From Promethearchaeota archaeon (GTDB lineage: Archaea; Asgardarchaeota; Lokiarchaeia; Sigyniarchaeales; SOKP01), in contig JABXKD010000011.1 in the NCBI GenBank assembly GCA_013375475.1, forward strand, positions 1 through 61,055: a DNA stretch of 61,055 nucleotides. The letters run 5' to 3'. Position 1 is the stretch's first letter, and the number at the start of each line of letters is the position of its first letter. The position numbers were made by a program, and so were the translations under genes. Positions 9,580 through 19,509 of this stretch are shown piece by piece. Below the pieces are notes generated by a model that ran no database searches, was not told the origin of the DNA, and worked only from the letters and a program-made list of their open reading frames with translations.

Positions 9580-10863
9580 TTATTGCCGTTCTAGGATATG
9601 TATACACAGTGCAGCTTCTCCATTTCCAATGGTGCCGCCTCCATTATGGGCTAAGGCTATTTTAGCGTCACTTACCTGTCTTTTTCCTGCTTCTCCACGT
9701 AGTTGAGTAACTAATTCATAGATTTGTGCCAACCCTGAGGCTCCAATAGGATGACCGCGAGCTAACAGACCTCCGCTAGGATTGATGGGTATCTTCCCTT
9801 CGATTTGAGTAGCACCACTCTCCACAAATGGACCTCCCTGACCAACAGGACAAAAACCTAATTGTTCGATCACATTGAGTTCGGCATACGCTGTAGCATC
9901 GTGAACTTCTGCAACATCTATATCGTCTCGCTTCAATCCAGTCATTTCAAAGGCAGCTTCGGCTGCTCTTTCGCATATGGAATCTTTTTTCCATGAACCA
10001 GATCTTAAAACGGAACCTATTGCTAAAACCGATCTTTCTTTTAACTGTGGATTTTTTTCTAAATATCTATCCGAACAGAGGATTGCAGCTGCTGAACCAT
10101 CCCCGATGGGCGCGCACATGGCTCTAGTTAATGGATAAGCTACCACATAATCTTCCATTACTTGTTCTACGGTTTGTGGAAAGGTATACTGAGCCAACGG
10201 ATTCATTGTTGAGTTATTATGATTTTTTGCTGCGATCATCGCAATCTGCTTCTGTGTCGTTCCATGAGTTTTCATGTGTTGCCGAGCGCCCATGGCGTAG
10301 AAGTCCATGAATACGGAGTGTGGTTTTTCTTTAGATGTACCTTCCTTTCCGCTTTTTTTTGCCGCTTCTTCGTTTCCTTTCTGAATTGCTTTCTTCATTT
10401 GATCAATGGTTTTCACTGTTCTCTCTACATCTGTCCCAGAAATAAACCCACTCATCCCACCACTTATCCCCCGGATTTTGATTGGACTTCCTATAGGATA
10501 ATCTTCGAAGTACATTTTTTCTGTCCCAATTGCTAAGACGCAGTCATATATACCCGCTTTTATAGCAATCCACGCGCTATGAAATGCGGTGCTACCACTA
10601 GCGCAAGCGTTTTCAATATTTATAATTGGTATTTTATCTAAACCATTAGCACTGAGAGCCACTTGTCCTCTTATACAATGCTGAAATTCAGATTGCCCCC
10701 ATCCAGAATTACTAAACCATGCTGCCTGAATATCCTTTTTCTGCAATTCAGAATCTTTTAAAGCTAACTCTAAAGATTCTCCTGTCATACTTTTCACAGT
10801 TTTATCGTAATTCTTACCGAATTTAATATGACCTACTCCTATAACATTAACCTTATCGCTAAT
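9580..10863 (-). CDS. SCPx/nsLTP-type thiolase family protein; conserved N-terminus extends upstream of the GTG at 10797 to an ATT codon
   Basis: ENACASG, EVHDA, NPSGGLLARGHPIGASG; upstream in-frame SDKVNVIGVGHIKFGK matches the thiolase N-terminus. Confidence 0.88.
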   Translation of the reverse strand: MSDKVNVIGVGHIKFGKNYDKTVKSMTGESLELALKDSELQKKDIQAAWFSNSGWGQSEFQHCIRGQVALSANGLDKIPIINIENACASGSTAFHSAWIAIKAGIYDCVLAIGTEKMYFEDYPIGSPIKIRGISGGMSGFISGTDVERTVKTIDQMKKAIQKGNEEAAKKSGKEGTSKEKPHSVFMDFYAMGARQHMKTHGTTQKQIAMIAAKNHNNSTMNPLAQYTFPQTVEQVMEDYVVAYPLTRAMCAPIGDGSAAAILCSDRYLEKNPQLKERSVLAIGSVLRSGSWKKDSICERAAEAAFEMTGLKRDDIDVAEVHDATAYAELNVIEQLGFCPVGQGGPFVESGATQIEGKIPINPSGGLLARGHPIGASGLAQIYELVTQLRGEAGKRQVSDAKIALAHNGGGTIGNGEAALCIHILERQ

Positions 10864-11072
10864 AATTAATCAACTCGTACTGTTCAAGTTCATCAAGGAA
10901 AATAATCAAGTAAATTTGAATGTTCCTATTTTCTCTAAAAAGCAATAAATCCTTTCTAGTTTATTGCCAAAAGTGTAAAATATTCTTAAATCTGTATAGA
11001 AGTTTTTAAAATTTATAACTTCAAAATTTATAAATTCATTTCTTACTAAATTATATTCATTAATAAAAAAAT

Positions 11073-11933
11073 GTGAACCGAAGAATGGTTGAGAAATTTA
11101 TAAAAAATATCGAAGATATCGAATCGAAGTTCGAACATATTACAATTAGGCGAGATCCCGAAAATTATGTTACTACGTTGACAATGAACCATCCCGCCTT
11201 GAATCCAAACGATAAACGCGTAAACACAATGGGTCCAGGATTAGTAGAAGAACTTAGGTTTGTGCCAGAGATTTTTCGATTTGATCCTGATACACGAGTC
11301 ATTATTATAAATGGTTCTAACAATTGTTTTGGTAGCGGAGCAGATCTATCGGGATCAACAGACGAAGAATCAACTCCATGGTTGACTAAACAGTATGTAG
11401 CAAGAATGACACGCATTTTCAAAAGTTTCCGAGACTTAGGTAAGCCAATAATAGCAGCTATTGAAGGCTTATTAATAGGGGCAAATTTTGAATTAGCATT
11501 GAATTGCGACTTAAGATACGCTAAAGATACGGCTAGTTTTTCTTTTGGTGAAGTACTTGTTGGTATGTTTCCTGGTAACGCCGGAACACACCTACTTGCA
11601 AGAAACATCGGTTTAGGCCGGGCAATGGAGATGATTCTAACAGGCAAAACGATATCTGCTCAACGAGCTTATGAAATTGGGTTAGTTAACGATGTCTTTA
11701 AAGCAGAACGATTTGAAAAAAAAGTTTACAAGATTGCCAAACACCTCGCATCCCTTGCTCCTATCGCTGTTGGTATAGCAAAGCAAATAGTTAACTATAG
11801 TAATTCTGTTCCCCTAGATGTAGGTCTTGAATTAGATGCTTACGGATTTGGCCTAGTTTCCTCCACAGAGGATTATAAAGAAGGTATTGAAGCAATGTTT
11901 GAAGGGCGACCTCCTAAATATAAGAACAAATAA
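11073..11933 (+). CDS. Enoyl-CoA hydratase/isomerase (crotonase)
   Basis: FGSGADL, GANFELAL, GEVLVGMFPG, EGIEAMFEGRPPKY; ATG at 11085 is an alternative start. Confidence 0.92.
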   Translation: MNRRMVEKFIKNIEDIESKFEHITIRRDPENYVTTLTMNHPALNPNDKRVNTMGPGLVEELRFVPEIFRFDPDTRVIIINGSNNCFGSGADLSGSTDEESTPWLTKQYVARMTRIFKSFRDLGKPIIAAIEGLLIGANFELALNCDLRYAKDTASFSFGEVLVGMFPGNAGTHLLARNIGLGRAMEMILTGKTISAQRAYEIGLVNDVFKAERFEKKVYKIAKHLASLAPIAVGIAKQIVNYSNSVPLDVGLELDAYGFGLVSSTEDYKEGIEAMFEGRPPKYKNK

Positions 11934-12068
11934 AAGTTTATAATGCAAATCAAAACATTAACACTATTTTTTTTTAAGATTGAAAGAAGAAGCGAGACAT
12001 AATAATTAAAATGTAAAGAAAAAGTTACATGAAGTATCTAATTTCATTTGTTCTGATTATCAGGTAGA

Positions 12069-12938
12069 TCACATATTAGCTTTTCCAGTTTGACTCACAG
12101 TATAAAGAAAATCAAGGATCTCTTTGATTGTTCTCTCTGGAGCCTCAATAGCAGTCATATGTCCAACTCCATCAAAAATCACATGCCGTACATCAGGAAT
12201 TTTTTTTGCCATGATTTCACTTGGTTTAAAAAACACAATATCATCCTCGCCAAGCAAAATAAGTGTAGGACACTTAATTTTTCTCAGCATTCTAACTCTA
12301 GGATTAATATCAGCGTAAAAAGTACTATTGAATCTTATAAATTCTTGAGGATCTGCATGTTTAAAAAATCCTTTATAGATCTTCCACATTTCGTCACTAT
12401 CAGGATGTTCTTCCATTTTAAACAAATACGGACCAGGCTGTCTACGCATTTCCTTAATCACGTCTTCATATGAGCCCGTTGAAATCCATTTTTCCCAAGC
12501 AGAGTTTAGCTTTTCTGAGGGCTTTGGATGATTAGATTGGTTTAAGTAGAACTCTGGTATCGTTGCTGAACCCGTATCTGTCAGCATAAGGCTGATAAGA
12601 CGCTCAGACCTTGTCATAGCGTAGCGTACTCCTGCCATTCCTCCAGTAGCGTGCGTTAATAGATGAAATCGATCGATCTCTAAGAAATCAGCAAGAAGGT
12701 CGATATCAGCTGCTATAGTATCGGCATCATAGCCAAAAGGTTCGCCGTCTACAATGGTTCGACCATGTGCTCTCATATCTATGGAAATCATCCGATAATT
12801 TTCAGCTAGCTTCGCTGTAACACCGGTTTCACTCCAGTAAGTTACATCCTCCATTAAACCGTGATTGGCAATAATTGGCTCTCCCTCTCCAACATCTTCA
12901 TAATATAGCTTTAGATTCTCGTTTTGAAAATAAGGCAT
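12069..12938 (-). CDS. Alpha/beta hydrolase-fold protein with Ala at the nucleophile position
   Basis: HGL oxyanion loop, DMRAHG, THATGG at the nucleophile elbow, C-terminal GEDD and GVGH. Confidence 0.85.
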   Translation of the reverse strand: MPYFQNENLKLYYEDVGEGEPIIANHGLMEDVTYWSETGVTAKLAENYRMISIDMRAHGRTIVDGEPFGYDADTIAADIDLLADFLEIDRFHLLTHATGGMAGVRYAMTRSERLISLMLTDTGSATIPEFYLNQSNHPKPSEKLNSAWEKWISTGSYEDVIKEMRRQPGPYLFKMEEHPDSDEMWKIYKGFFKHADPQEFIRFNSTFYADINPRVRMLRKIKCPTLILLGEDDIVFFKPSEIMAKKIPDVRHVIFDGVGHMTAIEAPERTIKEILDFLYTVSQTGKANM

Positions 12939-13154
12939 TAATTCACCATTTAATCTATTTAGTTAGTATTCTTAGTAAATTTGTCCTTTCTTATTTAAGT
13001 TTATTTCTCTTATATGTAATTAACTTTTTTCAATTGATGAATTCTTTATTGTATCTTCAATAATTTACATAAATGGAAAAGGAAATTTTTTGAGAATTAT
13101 TTTAGAAATTCTTATGAGACATAAAAATTTACGCTTAACTATAACAATAAATTA

Positions 13155-13538
13155 TTGATTATCATGGAAAGTTTAATAACGCGTCCAAAAGGTCCAAGAT
13201 TAGTTGGAAATAAGTTAAATGCTATAAAATGCAACACGTGTGGACATATTAGATATCCACCAAGAACTTATTGCAATAAATGTCAAGGAACCGATATCTC
13301 AAGTATATTGATCGGTCCTAAGGGAGTAGTCGCAACCTATTCAACTACTTATAAGAAAAAACCAAGTGATAAGCAGAGAATTTTTGGTGTGGTTCAACTA
13401 TTTACTGAGGATGGCAAGGATTCTTTTATCTTAAGTGGAACGTTTGATACTGAAAATTTTGATGATGTAAAAATTGGAAAAAAAATAGAACTACTTCCTA
13501 ATGATAAATATAATATGTTTAAAATTTTGGAGGATTAA
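13155..13538 (+). CDS. DUF35-type Zn-ribbon/OB-fold protein (thiolase partner)
   Basis: CNTCG..YPPRTYCNKC, then GVVATYST; ends 2 nt before a thiolase; likely ATG at 13164. Confidence 0.85.
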   Translation: MIIMESLITRPKGPRLVGNKLNAIKCNTCGHIRYPPRTYCNKCQGTDISSILIGPKGVVATYSTTYKKKPSDKQRIFGVVQLFTEDGKDSFILSGTFDTENFDDVKIGKKIELLPNDKYNMFKILED

Positions 13539-13540
13539 AA

Positions 13541-14734
13541 ATGAGAAATGTAGCAGTTATAGGTGCGGGAGTATCTCCATTTGGAAGGCTTGATGCACTC
13601 TTATACCAAGAGATTGGAAGACCCCCGGTAAATGATGCAATTGAGAATGCAGGAATAGCTCGTAAACTGATCCAGAGCTGTTATTATGGAACATGCGGTG
13701 GAGTAGGTGTTGGTCATGAAATTATGAATGAAACAGGGTTAATGGGTATTCCGATCACACGTGTGGTAAATGCTTGTAGTTCTGGTTCAAATGCTTTTCG
13801 GTTGGCTTATATGGATATTGCTTCAGGAATGAGTGATTGTACTATAGCCATGGGAATAGAAAAAATGAAAAATTCTTCAATGGCAGTTGTCGGTGGAGGA
13901 ACAAGATTTCAAATCGAAGCAAAAGCTTATAGTCATGGCTCTCCATTTTCCCTTGGAGGTGGAGGTGGCATGCCCGCTGGTTTTGCTCTTATGGGGCGGG
14001 CACATATGAAAATGTTTGGAACAAAAAGAGAAGATTTTGCTAATATAGTCGTGAAAAGTAGGAAGAACGCTTCGAAAAATCCTAAAGCAGAATTTCAAAC
14101 TCAAATGAGTCTAGATGAGGTATTAAATGATGTAATGGTAAATGATCCATTGACAAGATCACAATGTTGTCCGCGAACGGACGGAGCGGCAGCCGTGATT
14201 CTCATGAGTGAAGATTACATCAAGGAACATCACATTGATACTCCAATTTGGATTAAAGCGAGTGCAATGGGAAGCCATTTTTTAGGTGGAGACCCCTCAT
14301 ATCCTCCGGGCATAAGTACCGATGCAGATACTGCTAGGAGAGTATTTAAAATGGCTGGTGTTGAACCAAAAGACTTCTATGAAAGAGGCTTTGGCGAGTG
14401 TCACGATTGTTTTTCGGTTTCTGAGCTTGTTCATTACGAAGACTTCGGTTTCTGCAAAAAAGGAGAAGGCGCAGACATGATAAATGATGGTGTTGTCGAA
14501 ATAGATGGCGATCTACCTATTAATCCTAGTGGTGGTTTACTTTCTGTTGGTCATCCACTTGGAGCAACGGGAACACGTCAGATTGCTGAAGTATTTTGGC
14601 AAATGAGAAAAGATAAAGAAGTTGCAAAACGGCAAGTTCCTGACGAACACTTAGATATAGCATTTACCCATACTCTAGGGCAACCAGGATTAGGTTTCAC
14701 TAATGTAATGCATGTTTTTTCAAGAGATCTTTAA
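13541..14734 (+). CDS. SCPx/nsLTP-type thiolase family protein
   Basis: MRNVAVIGAG, NACSSG, HDCF, NPSGGLLSVGHPLGATG. Confidence 0.92.
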   Translation: MRNVAVIGAGVSPFGRLDALLYQEIGRPPVNDAIENAGIARKLIQSCYYGTCGGVGVGHEIMNETGLMGIPITRVVNACSSGSNAFRLAYMDIASGMSDCTIAMGIEKMKNSSMAVVGGGTRFQIEAKAYSHGSPFSLGGGGGMPAGFALMGRAHMKMFGTKREDFANIVVKSRKNASKNPKAEFQTQMSLDEVLNDVMVNDPLTRSQCCPRTDGAAAVILMSEDYIKEHHIDTPIWIKASAMGSHFLGGDPSYPPGISTDADTARRVFKMAGVEPKDFYERGFGECHDCFSVSELVHYEDFGFCKKGEGADMINDGVVEIDGDLPINPSGGLLSVGHPLGATGTRQIAEVFWQMRKDKEVAKRQVPDEHLDIAFTHTLGQPGLGFTNVMHVFSRDL

Positions 14735-14810
14735 TTAGATTTATTTTTTTCAGTATTAATTAAGATAAATTCTTCGTAATATAAACTAAATTTGAGGAAA
14801 TGAAAAAAAA

Positions 14811-15644
14811 ATGGAATATAAAAACTACCAAGTATTTAAAATAGAAGTTAAACAGGGAGTAGCGTTTGTAACTATCGATAATCCTCCCACAAATTTGATC
14901 AACCTGCCTTTTTTGATTGATATGGAGCGTTTTTATGATCAAGTCAAGGAAGATGACGATGTAAGAGTTATCGTGTTCCAAAGTGCTGACCCAGAAATAT
15001 TCATATCTCATTACGATGTTTCCTTACTAACGGAATATCCTGATGAACCTGCTCCCAAACCTACTGAATTAGCAGCATTTTGGAAGAGACAACATATGGA
15101 ATTTAGAACATTACCTAAAGTTACAATTGCAAAAATTGAAGGTATAGTAGGAGGTGGAGGAAGTGAAATCGCCCTTTCTATGGATATGAGATTTGCCGCG
15201 ATTGGTAAAGCCATTTTCGGTCAAGGGGAAGCCAGTTTAGGGATAATAGCAGGGGGAGGTGGTACCCACTGGTTAACCCGTTTTTTGGGTGCAGCTCGAG
15301 CTTTAGAAGTAATGCTGGGTTTTGCTCATTATTCGGCAGAGTTAGCTGAACGGTATGGGTGGATTAACAGGGCATTACGACCAGATAAATTAGGGCCGTT
15401 TGTAGAGCAGTTAGCTTATAGAATTGCTTATGTTCCAGCTGAAACCATTGCTTTGGTTAAAAAATCAATTATTGCGGCAGAAGAATTACCGCTAAAAGAA
15501 GCGTTACTTGAAGAAGATCATCTCTTCAATATTTCTGCATCATTACCTGAATCTAAAAAAAGGATGGAAGAATATCTTAAATTGGGATACCAAACTCGTG
15601 AAAGTGAAATAAAAATTGCTGAAGATTTCAAACAAATGGACTAA
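14811..15644 (+). CDS. Enoyl-CoA hydratase/isomerase family protein
   Basis: IDNPP, FISHYDV, GGGSEIALSMDMRFA, QGEASLGIIAGGGG. Confidence 0.9.
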   Translation: MEYKNYQVFKIEVKQGVAFVTIDNPPTNLINLPFLIDMERFYDQVKEDDDVRVIVFQSADPEIFISHYDVSLLTEYPDEPAPKPTELAAFWKRQHMEFRTLPKVTIAKIEGIVGGGGSEIALSMDMRFAAIGKAIFGQGEASLGIIAGGGGTHWLTRFLGAARALEVMLGFAHYSAELAERYGWINRALRPDKLGPFVEQLAYRIAYVPAETIALVKKSIIAAEELPLKEALLEEDHLFNISASLPESKKRMEEYLKLGYQTRESEIKIAEDFKQMD

Positions 15645-15673
15645 TTTGATCTTTTCCAATTTTTTTTAATTTT

Positions 15674-16894
15674 TTAAACAATTTTGTTTTTTCTTAAATT
15701 TTGTATATCCTCATCAGTGTAATTTAGAGTTCTCAGAATTTCTTCAGTGTTTTGTCCAATTTTAGGAGCAAAACTTCTAATTTTAGTCGGTGTTCTAGAT
15801 AATTTAATTGGTGAAGCAAGGTTTTGAATTTCTCCTAATATAGGGTGATCCATCTTCACAATCATATTTCGAGCTAAAATTTGTGGGTCCTCACAAGCCT
15901 CCCGGAAATTTTTAACAGGTGAGACGCAGGTATCGTAATTTTCAAAATTTTCTAGCCACTCTGCTTGCGTCTTCTTTAGAAACTCATTTTTAACTTCTCC
16001 AATAACCTTTTCTTTCTCGGCTCCCTGTGTCCACTGTTTCCCTTTTAGATCCTTGCGCCCTAATCCCTCACATAAAGCGTGCCAAAACTTCATCTCTATT
16101 GCTCCAACTGCTAGATATTTGTCATCTTTTGTCTTATAAACGCCATAATATGGAGATCCACCTACACCACCTGAGCCCCATGCTTTCTTTTCACTTAAAT
16201 CTCTCACAAATTTATATGCAGCAACGATCGGTTGGAAGAAGAAAACCGAATCTGTCATAGATATATCCACAAATTGACCTCTTCTTTCAGGATTTTGCTC
16301 CCTCTCAAAAAGAGCACTGAATATACCTATAGCCGCAACTAAAGCACCACCAATATCTGCTGAGGAAAACCCTGGAATTATTGGTGGTCTCTCTTGATCT
16401 TCCTTCCCAAATACAGTTCTTTCTCGAGTAGCATCTAAAATTCCACTTATTCCTATGTAATTTATGTCATGACCTGCTTGTTGTTCATAAGGTCCATATT
16501 GACCATAACCAGTCATAGAACAACAGATAATAGATGGATTAATTGATGAAAGCGTATTATAATCAATCTTTAGTTTTTCCATCACTTTTGGTCTAAACGT
16601 GTCAAACACCACATCTGCTCTCTTAATCAAGTCATAAAAAACCTCTCTAGCCTTCTCTTTTTTTAGATTAAGCGTTATTGATTTTTTATTTCTCATAAGA
16701 ACAGAATTAAATGCGCTCTCACGATATTTGCCCTTTTGAAAAAAAGGTGGCAAATCACTATAAGGATAATTAGGATCCTCAACGCGAATAACTTCTGCCC
16801 CAAGATCGGATAAAATCATAGTGCAATAAGGTCCCGGAAGCATGCGAGATAGGTCAAGAATTGTAATTTTATCTAACGGTAAATTCATAATCAT
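15674..16894 (-). CDS. Class III CoA-transferase (CaiB/BaiF/AMACR-like)
   Basis: DLSRMLPGPY, LGAEVIRVE, NKKSITLNLK, FRP, GHDINY, ADIGG. Confidence 0.93.
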   Translation of the reverse strand: MIMNLPLDKITILDLSRMLPGPYCTMILSDLGAEVIRVEDPNYPYSDLPPFFQKGKYRESAFNSVLMRNKKSITLNLKKEKAREVFYDLIKRADVVFDTFRPKVMEKLKIDYNTLSSINPSIICCSMTGYGQYGPYEQQAGHDINYIGISGILDATRERTVFGKEDQERPPIIPGFSSADIGGALVAAIGIFSALFEREQNPERRGQFVDISMTDSVFFFQPIVAAYKFVRDLSEKKAWGSGGVGGSPYYGVYKTKDDKYLAVGAIEMKFWHALCEGLGRKDLKGKQWTQGAEKEKVIGEVKNEFLKKTQAEWLENFENYDTCVSPVKNFREACEDPQILARNMIVKMDHPILGEIQNLASPIKLSRTPTKIRSFAPKIGQNTEEILRTLNYTDEDIQNLRKNKIV

Positions 16895-16963
16895 CTAAAT
16901 TTAATTTAATTATAATCTCAATTATAATATTAGCTAAAACAATAAAAAAATAAGGTAAATATA

Positions 16964-18694
16964 TTAATCTTTTTTAACATGGTACCCCGCTTTTTCACAA
17001 TCATAAGTCTTTTCAGAAACACCGCGTTCTTTGAGAAATCGCTTCATTATTCTGTGAACTTCGCTTTTGGGGAGTGCTTCAACAAACTCTATAAATCGAG
17101 GCAACTGAAAGGAAGCAAGTTTATCTTGGCAGAAATCAAGTAATTCTTCAGGAGTAATCGTCTCACCAGGTTTCATTACCACTGCAACCATTACTTCATC
17201 TTCCGCATAATCTTCTCCCACTTGGGAAGATTTAATGCCATAAGCTGCAGATTCTAGAACTTTTTCGTTTTGATTAATCGCTCTTTCAATAGTAAAAGGC
17301 GAGATATTTTCTCCTTTCCTCCTAATTGAATCTTTTTTGCGATCAACAAAGAAAAACCACCCATCCTCATCTTTTATGGCAAGATCTCCGGTATGAAACC
17401 ACGCCCTACCATCAGGACCTCTTTGAACTCGTGCTTTAGATGATTTTTCGTCTTTGTAATAATTAACTTGAGTTTCTTTAGCGTCTTCTTCTTTTACTAA
17501 GAAAACTAGTTCTCCGACTTCATTTGGTTCCAAAATATTACCTCCATCGTCAACAATTTCTGCTGTGGATCCCTCTGGAGGTTTTCCCATCGTTCCAACC
17601 GGAACGTTTTTCCTGCCAAAAGTTCCGAGTGTGTTTGAAATCGAACCTCCGTCAACCGCTCCGTATCCCTCATACATTTTCACATTAAACCGCTCTTCAA
17701 AATCTACGATAAGCTCTCTAGGACACGCAGCTGAATTAACGCGCCAGACTTTATTGTCTTTATCATTTGATCTCTTAGGTTGCTTCAATAAATATTGCGG
17801 CATTGAACCAAGAAGATTAAAACATGTAACTTCATATTTTCGAATTATGTCCCAGAATCTTGAAGCGGAAAACCTTTTTGAAAGTATGACCGGAAACTCG
17901 GCGAAATATCCGGGCATAGTTGTTAATTGTAATGCGTTCCCATGGAATAGGGGCAAACAAGTAAAAAAAGTATCTCCTGGACGCCCCATACCATAGGCTA
18001 TAAGAGCGCTATATGTAAGGGCACCTCCCATCTGAGATTTTCCATAAAAGAAAGTAGTTGCTTTTGGAAGTCCCGTAGTTCCAGAAGTATATATCAAAAC
18101 GCTCATATCTTTGGGATCTATTTTTATATTAATATCATCATCGGGAGCGTCCATAACGCTTTGAAGTGATATAGCTCCTCCTGGTAATTCAAAATCAGCA
18201 GGAGCTTCGTTAATATCTACAATAACATGCTCAATCTTTGGTAATTGATCTTTGATATTCAAATATCTTTCAATTAAGGACCAGTGTATAACAAGAACAT
18301 TGCTATCACTATGATCGATAATATACTGCAAACCATCTCCCTTAAGGCCCGTATTAACTAAAACGCAATAACATCCCATTTTAAAAGCTGCGAAGAGAAC
18401 AAAAAGGTACTCTGGGCTATTAATTTGAAATATGGAAATACCATTTTTCTGTTTAATTCCCAATTTTAGTAATCCGTTTGCTAATCTATTCGATAACACG
18501 TGCATATCTCGATATGTGTATTTTTCATCTATTCCCTTGTCAAAATCTCGGACAAAGGTTAAAAATACTTTGTCTCCAACTTTTTCTGCTTTAGTCTTTA
18601 CTACTTCTCCAAAAGTTGTTGTTGCACTAACTCCCAACTGTTTACTCAACATTTTCATCATTTGATCAATGCTAATACTCATTTTCCACCACAA
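16964..18694 (-). CDS. Acyl-CoA synthetase/AMP-binding protein (CaiC-like)
   Basis: YTSGTTGLPKA, LPLFHGNA, YGAVDG, FHTGD, RKGENIS; likely ATG at 18682. Confidence 0.93.
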   Translation of the reverse strand: MWWKMSISIDQMMKMLSKQLGVSATTTFGEVVKTKAEKVGDKVFLTFVRDFDKGIDEKYTYRDMHVLSNRLANGLLKLGIKQKNGISIFQINSPEYLFVLFAAFKMGCYCVLVNTGLKGDGLQYIIDHSDSNVLVIHWSLIERYLNIKDQLPKIEHVIVDINEAPADFELPGGAISLQSVMDAPDDDINIKIDPKDMSVLIYTSGTTGLPKATTFFYGKSQMGGALTYSALIAYGMGRPGDTFFTCLPLFHGNALQLTTMPGYFAEFPVILSKRFSASRFWDIIRKYEVTCFNLLGSMPQYLLKQPKRSNDKDNKVWRVNSAACPRELIVDFEERFNVKMYEGYGAVDGGSISNTLGTFGRKNVPVGTMGKPPEGSTAEIVDDGGNILEPNEVGELVFLVKEEDAKETQVNYYKDEKSSKARVQRGPDGRAWFHTGDLAIKDEDGWFFFVDRKKDSIRRKGENISPFTIERAINQNEKVLESAAYGIKSSQVGEDYAEDEVMVAVVMKPGETITPEELLDFCQDKLASFQLPRFIEFVEALPKSEVHRIMKRFLKERGVSEKTYDCEKAGYHVKKD

Positions 18695-18899
18695 TTATTA
18701 TCATTTAATTATAAGTGCATAAATATGTAAATTTTAAATTTATTAGAAAAATAAACCATAGTTAATAAATTATTGAAATAAAAACAAAAAAGGCTTAATA
18801 AATGTAAATTTTTCAATTCTTATAATATTAAATAAGGTGAGATAATCTATTAAAGAAAAAGATAATAATTATATTGCAAGGAAGTCAGTTCAACGCGAA

Positions 18900-19463
18900 A
18901 TGATCCGTCTCTCAGAGCCGAGAATCCATCCGCAAAAAGAATCTGAATGGGATGAAGATGCTCGAAACCTGATAGAGGGATTAAGAAGAATAAGTGAAGC
19001 CCCAGTTTCTAATTTAATGGCTACATTAGCTAATTATTCAAAATTATACAAGCGATGGCGAGTTTTTGGGAATCATGTATTATTCAAATCCTCACTCCCA
19101 CCTCGAGAAAGAGAACTTTTAATTCTGCGAATAGGATGGCTCTGTCAGGCGGAATACGAATGGGGTCAACACGTAATAATTGGAAAGCAAGCTGGGTTAA
19201 ATGATGAAGAAATAATTCAGATAATTGAAGGTCCAAAATCAAAAGGCTGGAATCGTTTTGACGCTACATTACTACGTGCTGTCGACGAACTCTACATTGA
19301 TTCTTTCATAAGTGATGCAACTTGGCAAATTCTCGCTACAAAATATAATAAGCACCAACTCATCGATCTCGTGTTCACTGTTGGACAATATAACTTAGTT
19401 TCAATGGTACTTAATACTTTAGGAATTCAACTGGAAGAAGGCATTGATGGGTTTCCAAAATAA
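18900..19463 (+). CDS. Carboxymuconolactone decarboxylase/AhpD-like protein
   Basis: LPPRERELLILR..CQAEYEWGQH pattern. Confidence 0.85.
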   Translation: MIRLSEPRIHPQKESEWDEDARNLIEGLRRISEAPVSNLMATLANYSKLYKRWRVFGNHVLFKSSLPPRERELLILRIGWLCQAEYEWGQHVIIGKQAGLNDEEIIQIIEGPKSKGWNRFDATLLRAVDELYIDSFISDATWQILATKYNKHQLIDLVFTVGQYNLVSMVLNTLGIQLEEGIDGFPK

Positions 19464-19509
19464 CAAATAAAATACAAAAAAATAGAGAAGATTATCAAAA
19501 AGAAAAGTT

